IMG/VR virus record: IMGVR_UViG_3300037487_000581
Location: 4,993 to 68,992 of that record
Origin: a virus
Length of the DNA stretch: 64,000 nucleotides
Direction: 5' to 3' (one strand)
The notes beneath the pieces were generated by a model. The model had not been told where the DNA came from, made no database searches, and saw nothing but the letters and a program-made list of their open reading frames with translations. Made by a program: the position numbers and the translations under genes. This document shows positions 1 through 8,345 of the stretch, piece by piece (positions within the stretch are counted from its first letter, which is position 1; each line of letters opens with the position of its first letter).

Positions 1-133
1 TTCTCAATCACTGTAAATGCGAATTTGTGATTTACACGTAACCACCTCTTCATTGCGATGTTGTATAAGATACATTCACGTATAACCCACACAATACCGA
101 CAACCCACGGTATAACAAATATGATTTCTGGTT

Positions 134-406
134 TCATGTGGTTTCTCCTAGTGCGCGGATAGCGTCTGCGCAATCTGAAAGTTCTTCGTTAACTACCGAA
201 GCACGATGCGGACCTTTAAAACTCTCGCATGTTTTTGCACAACGCTCAATTGTTGATTTCTTTGCTGCTTTCCAAACGTCCCAACAGATTTGTTTGAAGC
301 TGAGTAATGTGTATCGCCCCTCTTCTGGATGCCATTCATCGTGGATCGTATAACCCCTTACGCGATACCAATGTTCAAAATCTGCATCTGGTAAATGTGG
401 TTTCAT
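134..406 (-). CDS. Hypothetical early protein with C-terminal ERC..C...AIRALG module
   Basis: 90-aa ORF; C-terminus shared with ORFs 2302-2619 and 2619-3098. Confidence 0.7.
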   Translation of the reverse strand: MKPHLPDADFEHWYRVRGYTIHDEWHPEEGRYTLLSFKQICWDVWKAAKKSTIERCAKTCESFKGPHRASVVNEELSDCADAIRALGETT

Positions 407-430
407 TTCATTCCCTTCCCGTGTTAGCCG

Positions 431-658
431 TCACCATGACATCGTGTCGCGCAGGGTGGAAATCTTCACGTCGTAGAGGCCAGTCTTCTGCATTTCTCCC
501 TTGGCCGCTTCGAGCATCGCCAGCCGCTCCTTCTGCTCGGCGATCTTGCGCTCCAAGTTCTCGCCACACGTCATCTGTTGCATCGGGTCTTGCTTCATTT
601 CATATCCGCCAAGGACTCCAATGACTCCTTGTGACGCACTATTGCTTTTTTCGTACAT
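431..658 (-). CDS. Hypothetical coiled-coil protein bounded by attC-like boxes
   Basis: 75 aa with AAGGA SD; GTTAGCC at 423-429 and an attC-like left half at 700-718. Confidence 0.65.
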   Translation of the reverse strand: MYEKSNSASQGVIGVLGGYEMKQDPMQQMTCGENLERKIAEQKERLAMLEAAKGEMQKTGLYDVKISTLRDTMSW

Positions 659-699
659 GAGTATTTCCTTTTCAGTTGTGCCGCGTTTTGTCGTGTCAC

Positions 700-740
700 G
701 GATAACACGTCGCTCAACCCGGACGCTGCGCCGGCAAGCT
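700..740 (+). other. attC-like left half-site (R''-spacer-L'')
   Basis: GGATAAC-acgtc-GCTCAAC; 703-718 (TAACACGTCGCTCAAC) is identical to 1748-1763 of the complete site. Confidence 0.7.
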
Positions 741-770
741 CTTCAACCTTCATCGCTTCATCCACGTTCA

Positions 771-1082
771 TCACTCATTGCATATTCCTGACTCCAAGGC
801 CAGCACCTCATCCAACGCATCCCTGACTGCTATCTGTATGCGCGCTGTTGTTCGTGTCACGTCTTGAATGCTTCCGAGCAGGTACGGTGTTACTTTCCGC
901 GCGGCTTGCAACGCCAGTTCGTCACGCGTGTTTGGAGTAATTTCCGTGTTCAATCTCCCTGCTGCGTATCCGGCATCAAAACAAGTACGCCCATACGCCA
1001 GCATTTGCATTCCGCTGTAGGCGTCAAACGATAGAGATTCGCAATCTTCTGGTTCAGGACGTTCTGGTAAATGTTGATTCAT
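771..1082 (-). CDS. Hypothetical early protein
   Basis: 103-aa ORF with GGAGA SD, co-oriented with neighbours. Confidence 0.7.
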   Translation of the reverse strand: MNQHLPERPEPEDCESLSFDAYSGMQMLAYGRTCFDAGYAAGRLNTEITPNTRDELALQAARKVTPYLLGSIQDVTRTTARIQIAVRDALDEVLALESGICNE

Positions 1083-1264
1083 TTCAGCTCTCCAATCTCG
1101 CTAATACTTTTTCAAGTATTGGTTTGGGTAAACCCTCAACCATACGATCAATATTTGTTGGCCGTCACCTTGGATTAATCCAGCTATAGCCTTCCGCAGA
1201 CATCGCATTCGCTACCCGAATGTGATGATGTTTCTTAATCGCTCGTACTATGTGGTGTTTCATT

Positions 1265-1501
1265 TCAGTCCTCCTCCATCGCATCTCGCGCTCGGCTTAA
1301 ACGCAGATCAAAATGCAATGCATCAAGCAACCGCGTCTGGTCTTCTTTGATGCCCGCCTGCTTGAACTGATCCATCAAATTGGATAGCGCCACTGCATCA
1401 GTAAAGTTATCCATAGGAAGAAACACTGACGGACAGCCTTGCAGTTTGAACTCTGCTATGCCCGATGAAGTTGCTACGCTTCCTGTCCAGTTGAAATTCA
1501 T
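1265..1501 (-). CDS. Hypothetical early protein
   Basis: ORF track 1265-1537; likely start MNFNW at 1501, downstream of an AAGGA SD. Confidence 0.6.
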   Translation of the reverse strand: MNFNWTGSVATSSGIAEFKLQGCPSVFLPMDNFTDAVALSNLMDQFKQAGIKEDQTRLLDALHFDLRLSRARDAMEED

Positions 1502-1549
1502 GCTGTGATTCCTTGTAAATACGCGGTTACATGTCAAATATGCTGTGTT

Positions 1550-1723
1550 CTATGCGTTAGGCGGCGTAAGGTTCGGAAGTTTTGGGTTTTTGTTCCACGC
1601 CAATGAAAAAGATTTGTACCCGAAATTCACCCAAAGCAAGTGCCTATGGCTATCTTGTATTTTGCTATTTCTGTACCCAATGCCGTAGGCAAACTGATTA
1701 CTCATTGATGTATATTTTTGCAT
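1550..1723 (-). CDS. 57-aa hypothetical protein in attC-bounded cassette (not in ORF track)
   Basis: AAGGAG-N6-ATG; MQKYTSMSNQ...LPNLTPPNA*; the final codons run through the GTTAGGC box at 1556-1562. Confidence 0.55.
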   Translation of the reverse strand: MQKYTSMSNQFAYGIGYRNSKIQDSHRHLLWVNFGYKSFSLAWNKNPKLPNLTPPNA

Positions 1724-1744
1724 TCATATCTCCTTGTGTTCTCC

Positions 1745-1812
1745 GCCTAACACGTCGCTCAACTCGGGAGCAGGCGGCTTTATCGCCTGCGCCGGTTAGC
1801 TAGGCGTTAGGC
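1745..1812 (+). other. Complete integron attC-type recombination site (68 bp)
   Basis: R'' GCCTAAC 1745-1751, 5-nt spacer, L'' GCTCAAC 1757-1763 (extra C), inner stem GCAGGCG/CGCCTGC, L' GTTAGC 1795-1800, 5-nt spacer, R' GTTAGGC 1806-1812. Confidence 0.85.
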
Positions 1813-2148
1813 GTCCGGGTCATCGGGTATCGCCATCCAGTAGCGCGGGCCATCCGCGCCGGTCAATCGGTATTTGTCCCACACCATTTCCCACCCGCCA
1901 TCGACATACCGGACGGAGTGCGGAACATCTGAGTTGTGCAGTAGCGCGAGAATTGCCGTTCCATCTTCCGGCGCAAGTCCCATCGGCTGCCAACCGTTTT
2001 GCATGGCATCGTGACGGGCCTGCAAATCCTCCATGTGCCGCGCGGCCTGCCTCAATGCTTCGGCAGATGTTGGAGACTGAAATTCAATCGCCGCATTCCT
2101 GCGTATAAACCCAGCGTATCGTTGCGTCATTGTCATCGTCTTCTCCAA
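1807..2148 (-). CDS. DUF551-like phage protein
   Basis: WQPM..APEDGT.IL...WMAIP motif; the stop codon lies inside the attC R' box. Confidence 0.7.
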   Translation of the reverse strand: MEKTMTMTQRYAGFIRRNAAIEFQSPTSAEALRQAARHMEDLQARHDAMQNGWQPMGLAPEDGTAILALLHNSDVPHSVRYVDGGWEMVWDKYRLTGADGPRYWMAIPDDPDA

Positions 2149-2153
2149 TCGTT

Positions 2154-2243
2154 TCAGCCTAACTCTCGTTTACAGTTGCCTTCGCTCGGCATCGTGTGAA
2201 TATCAGCATCAGACCCGCAGAACGGGCAAGGTTTCAGTTCCAT
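2154..2243 (-). pseudogene. Truncated Lar-family (restriction alleviation) Zn-ribbon gene fragment
   Basis: AGGAGG/AAGGA SD; MELKPCPFCGSDA... ends after 29 aa in an attC-like half-site and lacks the second CxxC. Confidence 0.6.
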
Positions 2244-2301
2244 TTCCTTTCCTCCTGGGTTGTCATGCCCAACAAACCAATCAAGCACCATTGGTCTAGT
2301 G

Positions 2302-2619
2302 TCATTTCTCATCTCCTAATGCGCGGATAGCTTCTGCGTACTGTTGTCCGTCTACAATGTCTAAGCAGACGCTTGCACATCTCTCCCGCTCTGCTGCCAG
2401 CGCCAGCAAGACCAGATCTTCACATTTTACCCATGTTCTATCCGTCGCTTCCTGTTCAGCTCGTTGATAGGTTTCGTTCAGTTCTTTGCGACGTTCTTCC
2501 TGATCCCGCAAGTTTTGCTGCCGCAGCATTCTATGAGAATCAATTAGTTGCTCAACAGGTATAGTCACACCCAGTTCCCTTGCATAATCTTCAAGCATTT
2601 TCATTTCCCATACACTCAT
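2302..2619 (-). CDS. Hypothetical protein with AERERC...AIRALG tail
   Basis: 105 aa; TAATG overlap with the upstream ORF. Confidence 0.75.
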   Translation of the reverse strand: MSVWEMKMLEDYARELGVTIPVEQLIDSHRMLRQQNLRDQEERRKELNETYQRAEQEATDRTWVKCEDLVLLALAAERERCASVCLDIVDGQQYAEAIRALGDEK

Positions 2620-3098
2620 TATGATTCCCCTAGTGCGCGGATAGCGTCACAGCATTCCCATGCTGTTTGCCGAAAACCCCTGATATGTATCTGCTCGCAC
2701 GCCTTCAGGCAACGCTCCCGTTCCTTAGCCAGCACAGCACGCAGGGCGGTGTCATCTACTGGCTGGGCGAGGGCTTCATCAGCAAACTCAAAAGCTTCAC
2801 GCAAGTGAGCATAGTCAATACAGTCGCTACACGGTGGAGCTATGTGGCATGAGCAGTTGCTGTCTGGAGGTCTATCAATAGCTTCAACCATAGTTTCAAG
2901 CGCATCCCGCAGCACTTTCTCCCGTGCTTGGGAGGCTGCGAGGTTAATTTGCAGATCGCGCACGTCATTGCACACGTAGTCTTCCAGCTTTCGAACCTCC
3001 GCTCGCAGCGTCTCAATTTTGTCGGCTGCTTCTCGCATGACACGCGAATATCCAGAGGTCGGGTTATAGCTCCGTAGCTTTTCAATAAGGTCAGTCAT
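2619..3098 (-). CDS. Hypothetical protein with CSCH..PPC..C motif and AIRALG tail
   Basis: 159 aa; coiled coil plus Cys cluster; AGGAGG SD. Confidence 0.75.
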   Translation of the reverse strand: MTDLIEKLRSYNPTSGYSRVMREAADKIETLRAEVRKLEDYVCNDVRDLQINLAASQAREKVLRDALETMVEAIDRPPDSNCSCHIAPPCSDCIDYAHLREAFEFADEALAQPVDDTALRAVLAKERERCLKACEQIHIRGFRQTAWECCDAIRALGES

Positions 3099-3242
3099 CT
3101 TCCCTCCTAGTATTCAAAGTTGACGAAACAAATGATACACGGTGCGCCCTTACCCTTCGGTGTGATCGTGATCCAATAAAACTCATAGTGTTGATATTTC
3201 ATGATAGCCCCTATATGTTAGCCGTTATGTAACGGCAATTAC

Positions 3243-3271
3243 ATGGTAGCCAACACGCCATTCAAATACAA
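3243..3271 (-). promoter_or_regulatory. Sigma70-like promoter (early family)
   Basis: TTGTAT-N17-TACCAT, followed by palindrome CCGTTA-NN-TAACGG (3222-3235) and ATAGGGG SD. Confidence 0.6.
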
Positions 3272-3324
3272 GCCAATTACCCTACAGCAAGCTCAAACCG
3301 TATTACCTATACCATAGCACCAAC

Positions 3325-3352
3325 AAACAAAGAGACCGCCACAAGGGCGGTC
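3325..3352 (-). terminator. Rho-independent terminator
   Basis: GACCGCC-5-GGCGGTC followed by TCTTTGTTTG on the minus strand, downstream of gene 3424-3918; two more hairpins lie at ~3361-3417. Confidence 0.6.
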
Positions 3353-3423
3353 ATAAAACAAGGTGCTAGGAACACCTTGCAGGGAGTCTTTCATCTCAAG
3401 AACAAGTTCTTGAGATACCAAGG

Positions 3424-3918
3424 TCAAGCATCGATAGAGATCATACCGCGCTTGATTGCGTAACCGACAAAGCTCACCGTTGCAAACTCTTTGCTAGTAC
3501 CGTCACGAGCTTCTTGAGTGAACTTCTCAGGAGCCTGAGCAAAGAACGTCGCGAGGTCGGTGTTGTCAGCCAGAATCTGAGCCACTTCTTTACCCGCTTT
3601 TCCAGCAGCAATCAAAGTCTCAGGTTTCAACACCGTATAAGTGCCTTCCTTAGGAACAGCCTTACGAGGACCGCGAACCTTGGCTTCACCGTTAGCCGTG
3701 ACCTTCGGTGCTTTAGCAGGAGCATTCTCAGCTTTCATTTCCTTGAACACATCACCGAGACCAAACTTTTCAGCAGTCTTGTGATGAGTTACCAGAGTTT
3801 CATCTTCATTACAATCATATTCGTCACCGGCCAGAACCCAACCAACGACATTAAATCCGTCTTCCTTGTTTCCGCCTACCAACATTCCCGCTTTTTCCGC
3901 TACCATGACTTCGCTCAT
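3424..3918 (-). CDS. Lys/Ala-rich protein, possible DNA-binding; paralogue of 7078-7581
   Basis: Start MSEVMV after AGGAG; codon choices resemble the capsid gene; C-terminal NTD...EF...AIKRGMI motif. Confidence 0.7.
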   Translation of the reverse strand: MSEVMVAEKAGMLVGGNKEDGFNVVGWVLAGDEYDCNEDETLVTHHKTAEKFGLGDVFKEMKAENAPAKAPKVTANGEAKVRGPRKAVPKEGTYTVLKPETLIAAGKAGKEVAQILADNTDLATFFAQAPEKFTQEARDGTSKEFATVSFVGYAIKRGMISIDA

Positions 3919-4037
3919 TTTATGACTCCTATGCCCTTCGGCAAAATGTAACTCGAATTGACCACCAACTCGATGACTAAATTGTATATCAGGTATTTTC
4001 AAAACACAACAACTATTTTCATTCCTCACGAATCTCA

Positions 4038-4220
4038 CTAATTGATTTGTTTGTTGATCAAACTGTATATTGTCAACGGTGATTCTTTAACAACGAATAC
4101 TGTCTGATCAACACAAACCACATCTGTCTCTCCATCCTCATTGACTAGAAATGCAATGATCTTAGAAGGGTTGACAAACACATCTTCTTGTTCATCGCCC
4201 GCTAAGGTGAGAACAATCAT
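4038..4220 (-). CDS. Small FlbD-like phage protein
   Basis: VFVNP..I......T.V......V.ES pattern; GAGG SD. Confidence 0.55.
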   Translation of the reverse strand: MIVLTLAGDEQEDVFVNPSKIIAFLVNEDGETDVVCVDQTVFVVKESPLTIYSLINKQIN

Positions 4221-4325
4221 TTCCTACCTCCTTTCTCCGATTCAGCATGAGCTTGACGTTGATTACGATAGGACTTAACAATAATCCTACGCAATGCCGT
4301 GGTGCATCCTTTGAATTGAATCTTG

Positions 4326-4568
4326 TCACATTTCCGCATAAGTCATCCTTTCAAGTATGTTGCGTTTCATTAACTCAAGAGCGAGCAGTATCTCAGCATT
4401 GGACATACGTGCCGAGACCACATTGACATCCCATTGCCCTGCCACATCATTGACTGTCAACATCACAAACATGTCAATCTTGTTGTAGTCTACTTCACTG
4501 ATTACTTCAATGGGTGACTTATCCAATGGGTCAGCAATGATACCTGGGAATAGATTATGTACGTTCAT
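4326..4568 (-). CDS. Hypothetical protein
   Basis: 80 aa; ATGA overlap with the upstream ORF. Confidence 0.65.
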   Translation of the reverse strand: MNVHNLFPGIIADPLDKSPIEVISEVDYNKIDMFVMLTVNDVAGQWDVNVVSARMSNAEILLALELMKRNILERMTYAEM

Positions 4569-4834
4569 CTAGACACCGTTATGTCATAATTAAGATTGTC
4601 AACAACACGATCAATCGCCCTACTAACGTCGTCTTCAATTGCTTCCCATATATCAGTTGTTGCTTGCTTGCGTATAACATCCTGCACTGTCTCATCATTC
4701 TCAATGACATACTTGACTGTGGATTGCACTGACCTATCATAAGATGTATCACAATTACCAATGACTGCCGCTTGCACTTCAAGATCCTCTCTAAGTAACT
4801 TGAGAAGTAACTCTTTCAACATTTGTTCAAACAT
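4565..4834 (-). CDS. Hypothetical protein
   Basis: Likely start MFEQML after GAGGAG. Confidence 0.65.
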   Translation of the reverse strand: MFEQMLKELLLKLLREDLEVQAAVIGNCDTSYDRSVQSTVKYVIENDETVQDVIRKQATTDIWEAIEDDVSRAIDRVVDNLNYDITVSR

Positions 4835-4835
4835 T

Positions 4836-5072
4836 TTATTTCTCCTCATCTTCAACGACACGATAAACAGGAGACAATCCTCCGTCAATCAGCTCTTGGT
4901 CGTATAACCATTTGGCAGCGGTCATCATACCATCATACGGCCACGATGCTGTGACATGTGGGCAAGTGACGAGACTATTCGCCAATGCAACGACATTCTC
5001 ATGATGAACAGCGAGGTCCAATGTGTCAAACACCTCACCATCTTCAGTTTCAAATACCTGTTTGATTGCCAT
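4836..5072 (-). CDS. Hypothetical protein (FETEDGEVF N-terminus)
   Basis: 78 aa; first gene after the 5114-5142 promoter. Confidence 0.7.
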   Translation of the reverse strand: MAIKQVFETEDGEVFDTLDLAVHHENVVALANSLVTCPHVTASWPYDGMMTAAKWLYDQELIDGGLSPVYRVVEDEEK

Positions 5073-5102
5073 TTCGTACCCCTATAGAACACGGTAAAAT
5101 TA

Positions 5103-5142
5103 CCGGCAAGCAAATAATAACGCTTGCCGGTGTCTATTACAA
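5103..5142 (-). promoter_or_regulatory. Stem-loop promoter
   Basis: TTGTAA-N17-TATTAT; the -10 lies in the loop of a 9-bp inverted repeat (5103-5111/5122-5130). Confidence 0.7.
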
Positions 5143-5322
5143 TACCGAAGCACCCATCCGTTTATCATACAACTTCTTCATCACAGCGTTCAATGAACGA
5201 AGAATCTGACCCTTGTAAAGATAATTACCACTTTTGACAGCTATGATTTCTTCATGAACAATCTCTCTGAGTAACTGAACTTGTTGTTCACTTAGAGTGA
5301 TCGTCAACGTCTCCTTGCTCAT
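5137..5322 (-). CDS. Hypothetical protein
   Basis: 61 aa; ATGA overlap with DUF932 gene. Confidence 0.6.
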   Translation of the reverse strand: MSKETLTITLSEQQVQLLREIVHEEIIAVKSGNYLYKGQILRSLNAVMKKLYDKRMGASVL

Positions 5323-6305
5323 AACGCGAGGGCCAACTCAAATGCCTTCGTCTTCAACGTGTTGCCGACTCCATACCACGCCGAGTTGACACGAGCGTCT
5401 GCTGTGCGGTGACCAGTGTGATGGTCAATTGTTTCAGTAACCGCATTCAGTAAACCCCACATGGTATCCTCGGCCGAGGTAAGTTTGCTGCCCATACCCT
5501 CACCCTTAAACAGCGCCCACACATTGGCACACTTCTGCATGACAGCGGGATTCTGGTCTTCAACACCGATACTTGGGTCACCAAACAGTTCAATAAGAAA
5601 TTCAACTGCTTTGTCACGTTCAACAGTCTTCGCTGCCAGTAAACCAATCTGCTCACTAAAGCGGTTCCACCCTTGGTCAATGAATCCGAGCTGTTCCTTG
5701 ACCTCAGCGGGTTTCCATACGCGGTTGTGCGGAACCTTGATGCGCGTGTTCTCATCCTTCACCGCAACTGATAACGTATTGAAACACACGACACGAACAG
5801 ACGTAAACTGTGCCGTCGTTGCCAACGTACCGTCGCATGACGTGGTCAACAAGAGATAACCCTTGACCTTGTCATCACCCGGCAATACCGCCATTTTCTT
5901 CGTGTTAGCTAGGGCAAAGAACCGCTTACCACCGAACAAAACACCTGCTGTTTCAAGTTCCAATCCAGCGGTATCAACGAGGTCGCGATAGAACTCCAGC
6001 ACCTCAATTGGTTGCACGATATTGTAACTGCTGGACACCACCGACAACGGTGCGTTCGTATCGCTCCTGTATAACACGTTCTTGTCAGGATAGATCAGAG
6101 TGTTTGTCAATGCCGACATGTCATCACTGACCACATCAAACTTTACCGCAGTGCGGAAGATCTCCCAATCCATGTGAGCAGACTTCGCCCACGTTTCAAT
6201 GGGAGCACCTGCCTCCAACTCGTTGCCGAGACCGTGCCACGCCGATTGATTAATGAATGCAAAGGCGGCTTCGCCTGTCGTCATATCGATTTCATGAGCC
6301 ATCAT
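5319..6305 (-). CDS. DUF932 / phage-plasmid TIGR03299-like protein
   Basis: AWHGLG, LYRSDT..PL.VVS..Y..VQP, ETAG.L..G, YLLL.TSCDGTLAT, SVRVVC.NT and T.WGLLNAVTE..DH motifs. Confidence 0.9.
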   Translation of the reverse strand: MMAHEIDMTTGEAAFAFINQSAWHGLGNELEAGAPIETWAKSAHMDWEIFRTAVKFDVVSDDMSALTNTLIYPDKNVLYRSDTNAPLSVVSSSYNIVQPIEVLEFYRDLVDTAGLELETAGVLFGGKRFFALANTKKMAVLPGDDKVKGYLLLTTSCDGTLATTAQFTSVRVVCFNTLSVAVKDENTRIKVPHNRVWKPAEVKEQLGFIDQGWNRFSEQIGLLAAKTVERDKAVEFLIELFGDPSIGVEDQNPAVMQKCANVWALFKGEGMGSKLTSAEDTMWGLLNAVTETIDHHTGHRTADARVNSAWYGVGNTLKTKAFELALAL

Positions 6306-6525
6306 TCATCTCCTCAATAGGTATCAAATCGAGATTTTCTACTATCCAAATTTTGGTCTGATATTCATCTTCCGATTCTCCAGAATATCCTCCATAACCT
6401 GCGACAATGAAGCACTCTGCCCCATCAGTAAACTGAAGACGAAGATAACCTTCGTCGTCATACTGTTCTGGTTTCATTTGTGTGGTAGACGCAATGGTCT
6501 TACCAACCAAATCTTCAAACTTCAT
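6292..6525 (-). CDS. Hypothetical protein
   Basis: 77 aa; AGGAG SD; LVGKTI N-terminus common in small phage proteins. Confidence 0.7.
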   Translation of the reverse strand: MKFEDLVGKTIASTTQMKPEQYDDEGYLRLQFTDGAECFIVAGYGGYSGESEDEYQTKIWIVENLDLIPIEEMNDGS

Positions 6526-6561
6526 TTGTTTCTCCTACCCCGCCCGAAGGCGGGAGTTAGT

Positions 6562-6789
6562 TTAAGAAGTTGTTTCCGTTTCAACTACCGGCGGAAGAGT
6601 GTCAACCAACTGGTTGTCCTTAATCATCATGATGGTGGGGATATCGCCATCGGGTGTGAACAGTGCGTCACTACCGTACCCATTCATGTAACGCACCTCG
6701 CACTTACTCATCACTTCGGTGAGCTTGTTGAACGTTACCTGATCCATAACCAGATAGCGGCTATACTCAATACGCATTGCGAATTTCAT
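6562..6789 (-). CDS. Hypothetical protein
   Basis: 75 aa after the 6808-6859 promoter; followed by a CTTCGG-loop hairpin at ~6538-6556. Confidence 0.7.
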   Translation of the reverse strand: MKFAMRIEYSRYLVMDQVTFNKLTEVMSKCEVRYMNGYGSDALFTPDGDIPTIMMIKDNQLVDTLPPVVETETTS

Positions 6790-6807
6790 TTTGTTACCCC
6801 TATGAAC

Positions 6808-6859
6808 TGCGGCACAATTACCGCAAACAAATTGTGCCGCATAATGGTTTCAATTACAA
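6808..6859 (-). promoter_or_regulatory. Stem-loop promoter
   Basis: TTGTAA-N17-CACAAT; 12-bp inverted repeat 6808-6819/6830-6841. Confidence 0.65.
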
Positions 6860-7078
6860 CTACTGACGCACTTTACCTTCGTCAGTATAACCACGAATCG
6901 CGCTCACCAAAGGATGGTCAATAGAAAAGAAGTAACATGCCCAAGCAATCGGCTCCTCACCGACCGGAACTTCGATAGTGGATACGAAACGTATATCAGA
7001 CTCATACACGTGACGGCCTGCGAAATCCTTACGTTCGGTTCTGACCGGTTCCAACTGTTCATAGACATTGTATAACAT
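6860..7078 (-). CDS. Hypothetical protein
   Basis: 72 aa; TAATG overlap. Confidence 0.65.
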   Translation of the reverse strand: MLYNVYEQLEPVRTERKDFAGRHVYESDIRFVSTIEVPVGEEPIAWACYFFSIDHPLVSAIRGYTDEGKVRQ

Positions 7079-7581
7079 TATTCTTCTCCATCGCTAGTTT
7101 TGATAATCCAACCACGTTTCAATGCCCAATCCATCTGAGCTTTGAATGTGAATTCAGACGCACCTGTTGTACGATACTTCTCATTGGTCGCGTGCCCCTC
7201 GTTTTCCCAATCTTTGATCGCAGTAACGAAGTCAGTGTTACGTTCCATTACAGCCATCATGTCGTGACGGATATCACCATCAGGTGCGCGGAGACCGTTC
7301 TTAACCCACGAATATGTTCCAACCAGACTGTTATTACCGACTCGGTTGCGACGTTTAGGAGCACCGAATGGATTAACGGCTTCCATTATCTCGTACTCAG
7401 TTCCGTATGGCAGTTCCTTGGACTTAAAGACCTGACGCACCAATGCCCGTTTGAATCCTTCGGGTTGGTTGTTTGCAAACTTGGCAGCGGGTATCTCTAG
7501 ATACTTGATACCGACCATCTTTACATCTGCGAAAGGGGCTTGCTTGAACCATCCTTCGTTCACTACTTTAATGATCTTCAT
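7078..7581 (-). CDS. Hypothetical protein, paralogue of 3424-3918
   Basis: 167 aa; ATAGGGG SD; GTY, NTD, EF and ALKRGWI motifs. Confidence 0.75.
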   Translation of the reverse strand: MKIIKVVNEGWFKQAPFADVKMVGIKYLEIPAAKFANNQPEGFKRALVRQVFKSKELPYGTEYEIMEAVNPFGAPKRRNRVGNNSLVGTYSWVKNGLRAPDGDIRHDMMAVMERNTDFVTAIKDWENEGHATNEKYRTTGASEFTFKAQMDWALKRGWIIKTSDGEE

Positions 7582-7732
7582 TTTGAAGACCCCTATATTC
7601 GCCGTTCCCAGAGGACCGACTTCTCAACGCTTTCTTTCAAGTTGCGCGTTGCTCAACAACTTTCTCTGTTTGTTCCTTTAACGCCCCAACCATACAGAAA
7701 AGAAGGCGGTGCAGCACTGCACAACTCAAATA

Positions 7733-8095
7733 TTACGCACCTGTTTTATCATTAGCAACATAATATTTGTCAACTTCGTCACACCATAATTCAAACTCAA
7801 GGTTGTCGTAGTTATATCCCTCTTCAAAGAACCGATCGAATTGACCTTGCGAACCACAGGGTGTCTTCTGTGCATACCTCAACAACTTCGTTGCCAATGT
7901 GAGACGCTTCTTAAAGTCTTTGTTCTCCTTCTGCAGAACCTTTACAGTCTGCGTCAGCATGTCCGTTCTAGCAGGGCTGAACTGTTGATGTGAATAATTT
8001 TCCTTGCAATCATCCCAACCGTTTTCATACGCTTCATTGGCTAGCCTATCAATTAGCGTTTTGACTGACTCTATGTCTACATTGTTCTCTTTCAT
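7733..8095 (-). CDS. Hypothetical protein
   Basis: 120 aa; AAGGAG SD. Confidence 0.65.
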   Translation of the reverse strand: MKENNVDIESVKTLIDRLANEAYENGWDDCKENYSHQQFSPARTDMLTQTVKVLQKENKDFKKRLTLATKLLRYAQKTPCGSQGQFDRFFEEGYNYDNLEFELWCDEVDKYYVANDKTGA

Positions 8096-8285
8096 CTCGC
8101 TTCTCCTTACAATCTACACATATCCAACGACGGTTCTTACCATTGTTGAATGAGATATATTCACCACCCTTTACCAATGGTGACCGTTGACAAGCTGAAC
8201 ACCAACGTGTCTCAGGGTCAGCGTGCATTTTGTTAAAAGGCATATCATCCTCTGCAAATGTAATGACCACGTTGATCAAATCCAC
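8049..8285 (-). CDS. Small Zn-finger protein (CxxC...CxxC)
   Basis: RWCSAC...RRWICVDC. Confidence 0.6.
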   Translation of the reverse strand: MDLINVVITFAEDDMPFNKMHADPETRWCSACQRSPLVKGGEYISFNNGKNRRWICVDCKEKRDEREQCRHRVSQNAN

Positions 8286-8345
8286 AGTCCAATAGACCAG
8301 GTGGTTCTTTATGAACAGGTTGTTCTTGTATAAACAAGGACAATA

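Noticed and set aside
1100-1264. Possible stop-codon readthrough (ORF continues past an in-frame TGA)
   Set aside because: Isolated short case; TGA, TAA and TAG all terminate well-supported genes, so there is no evidence of recoding.
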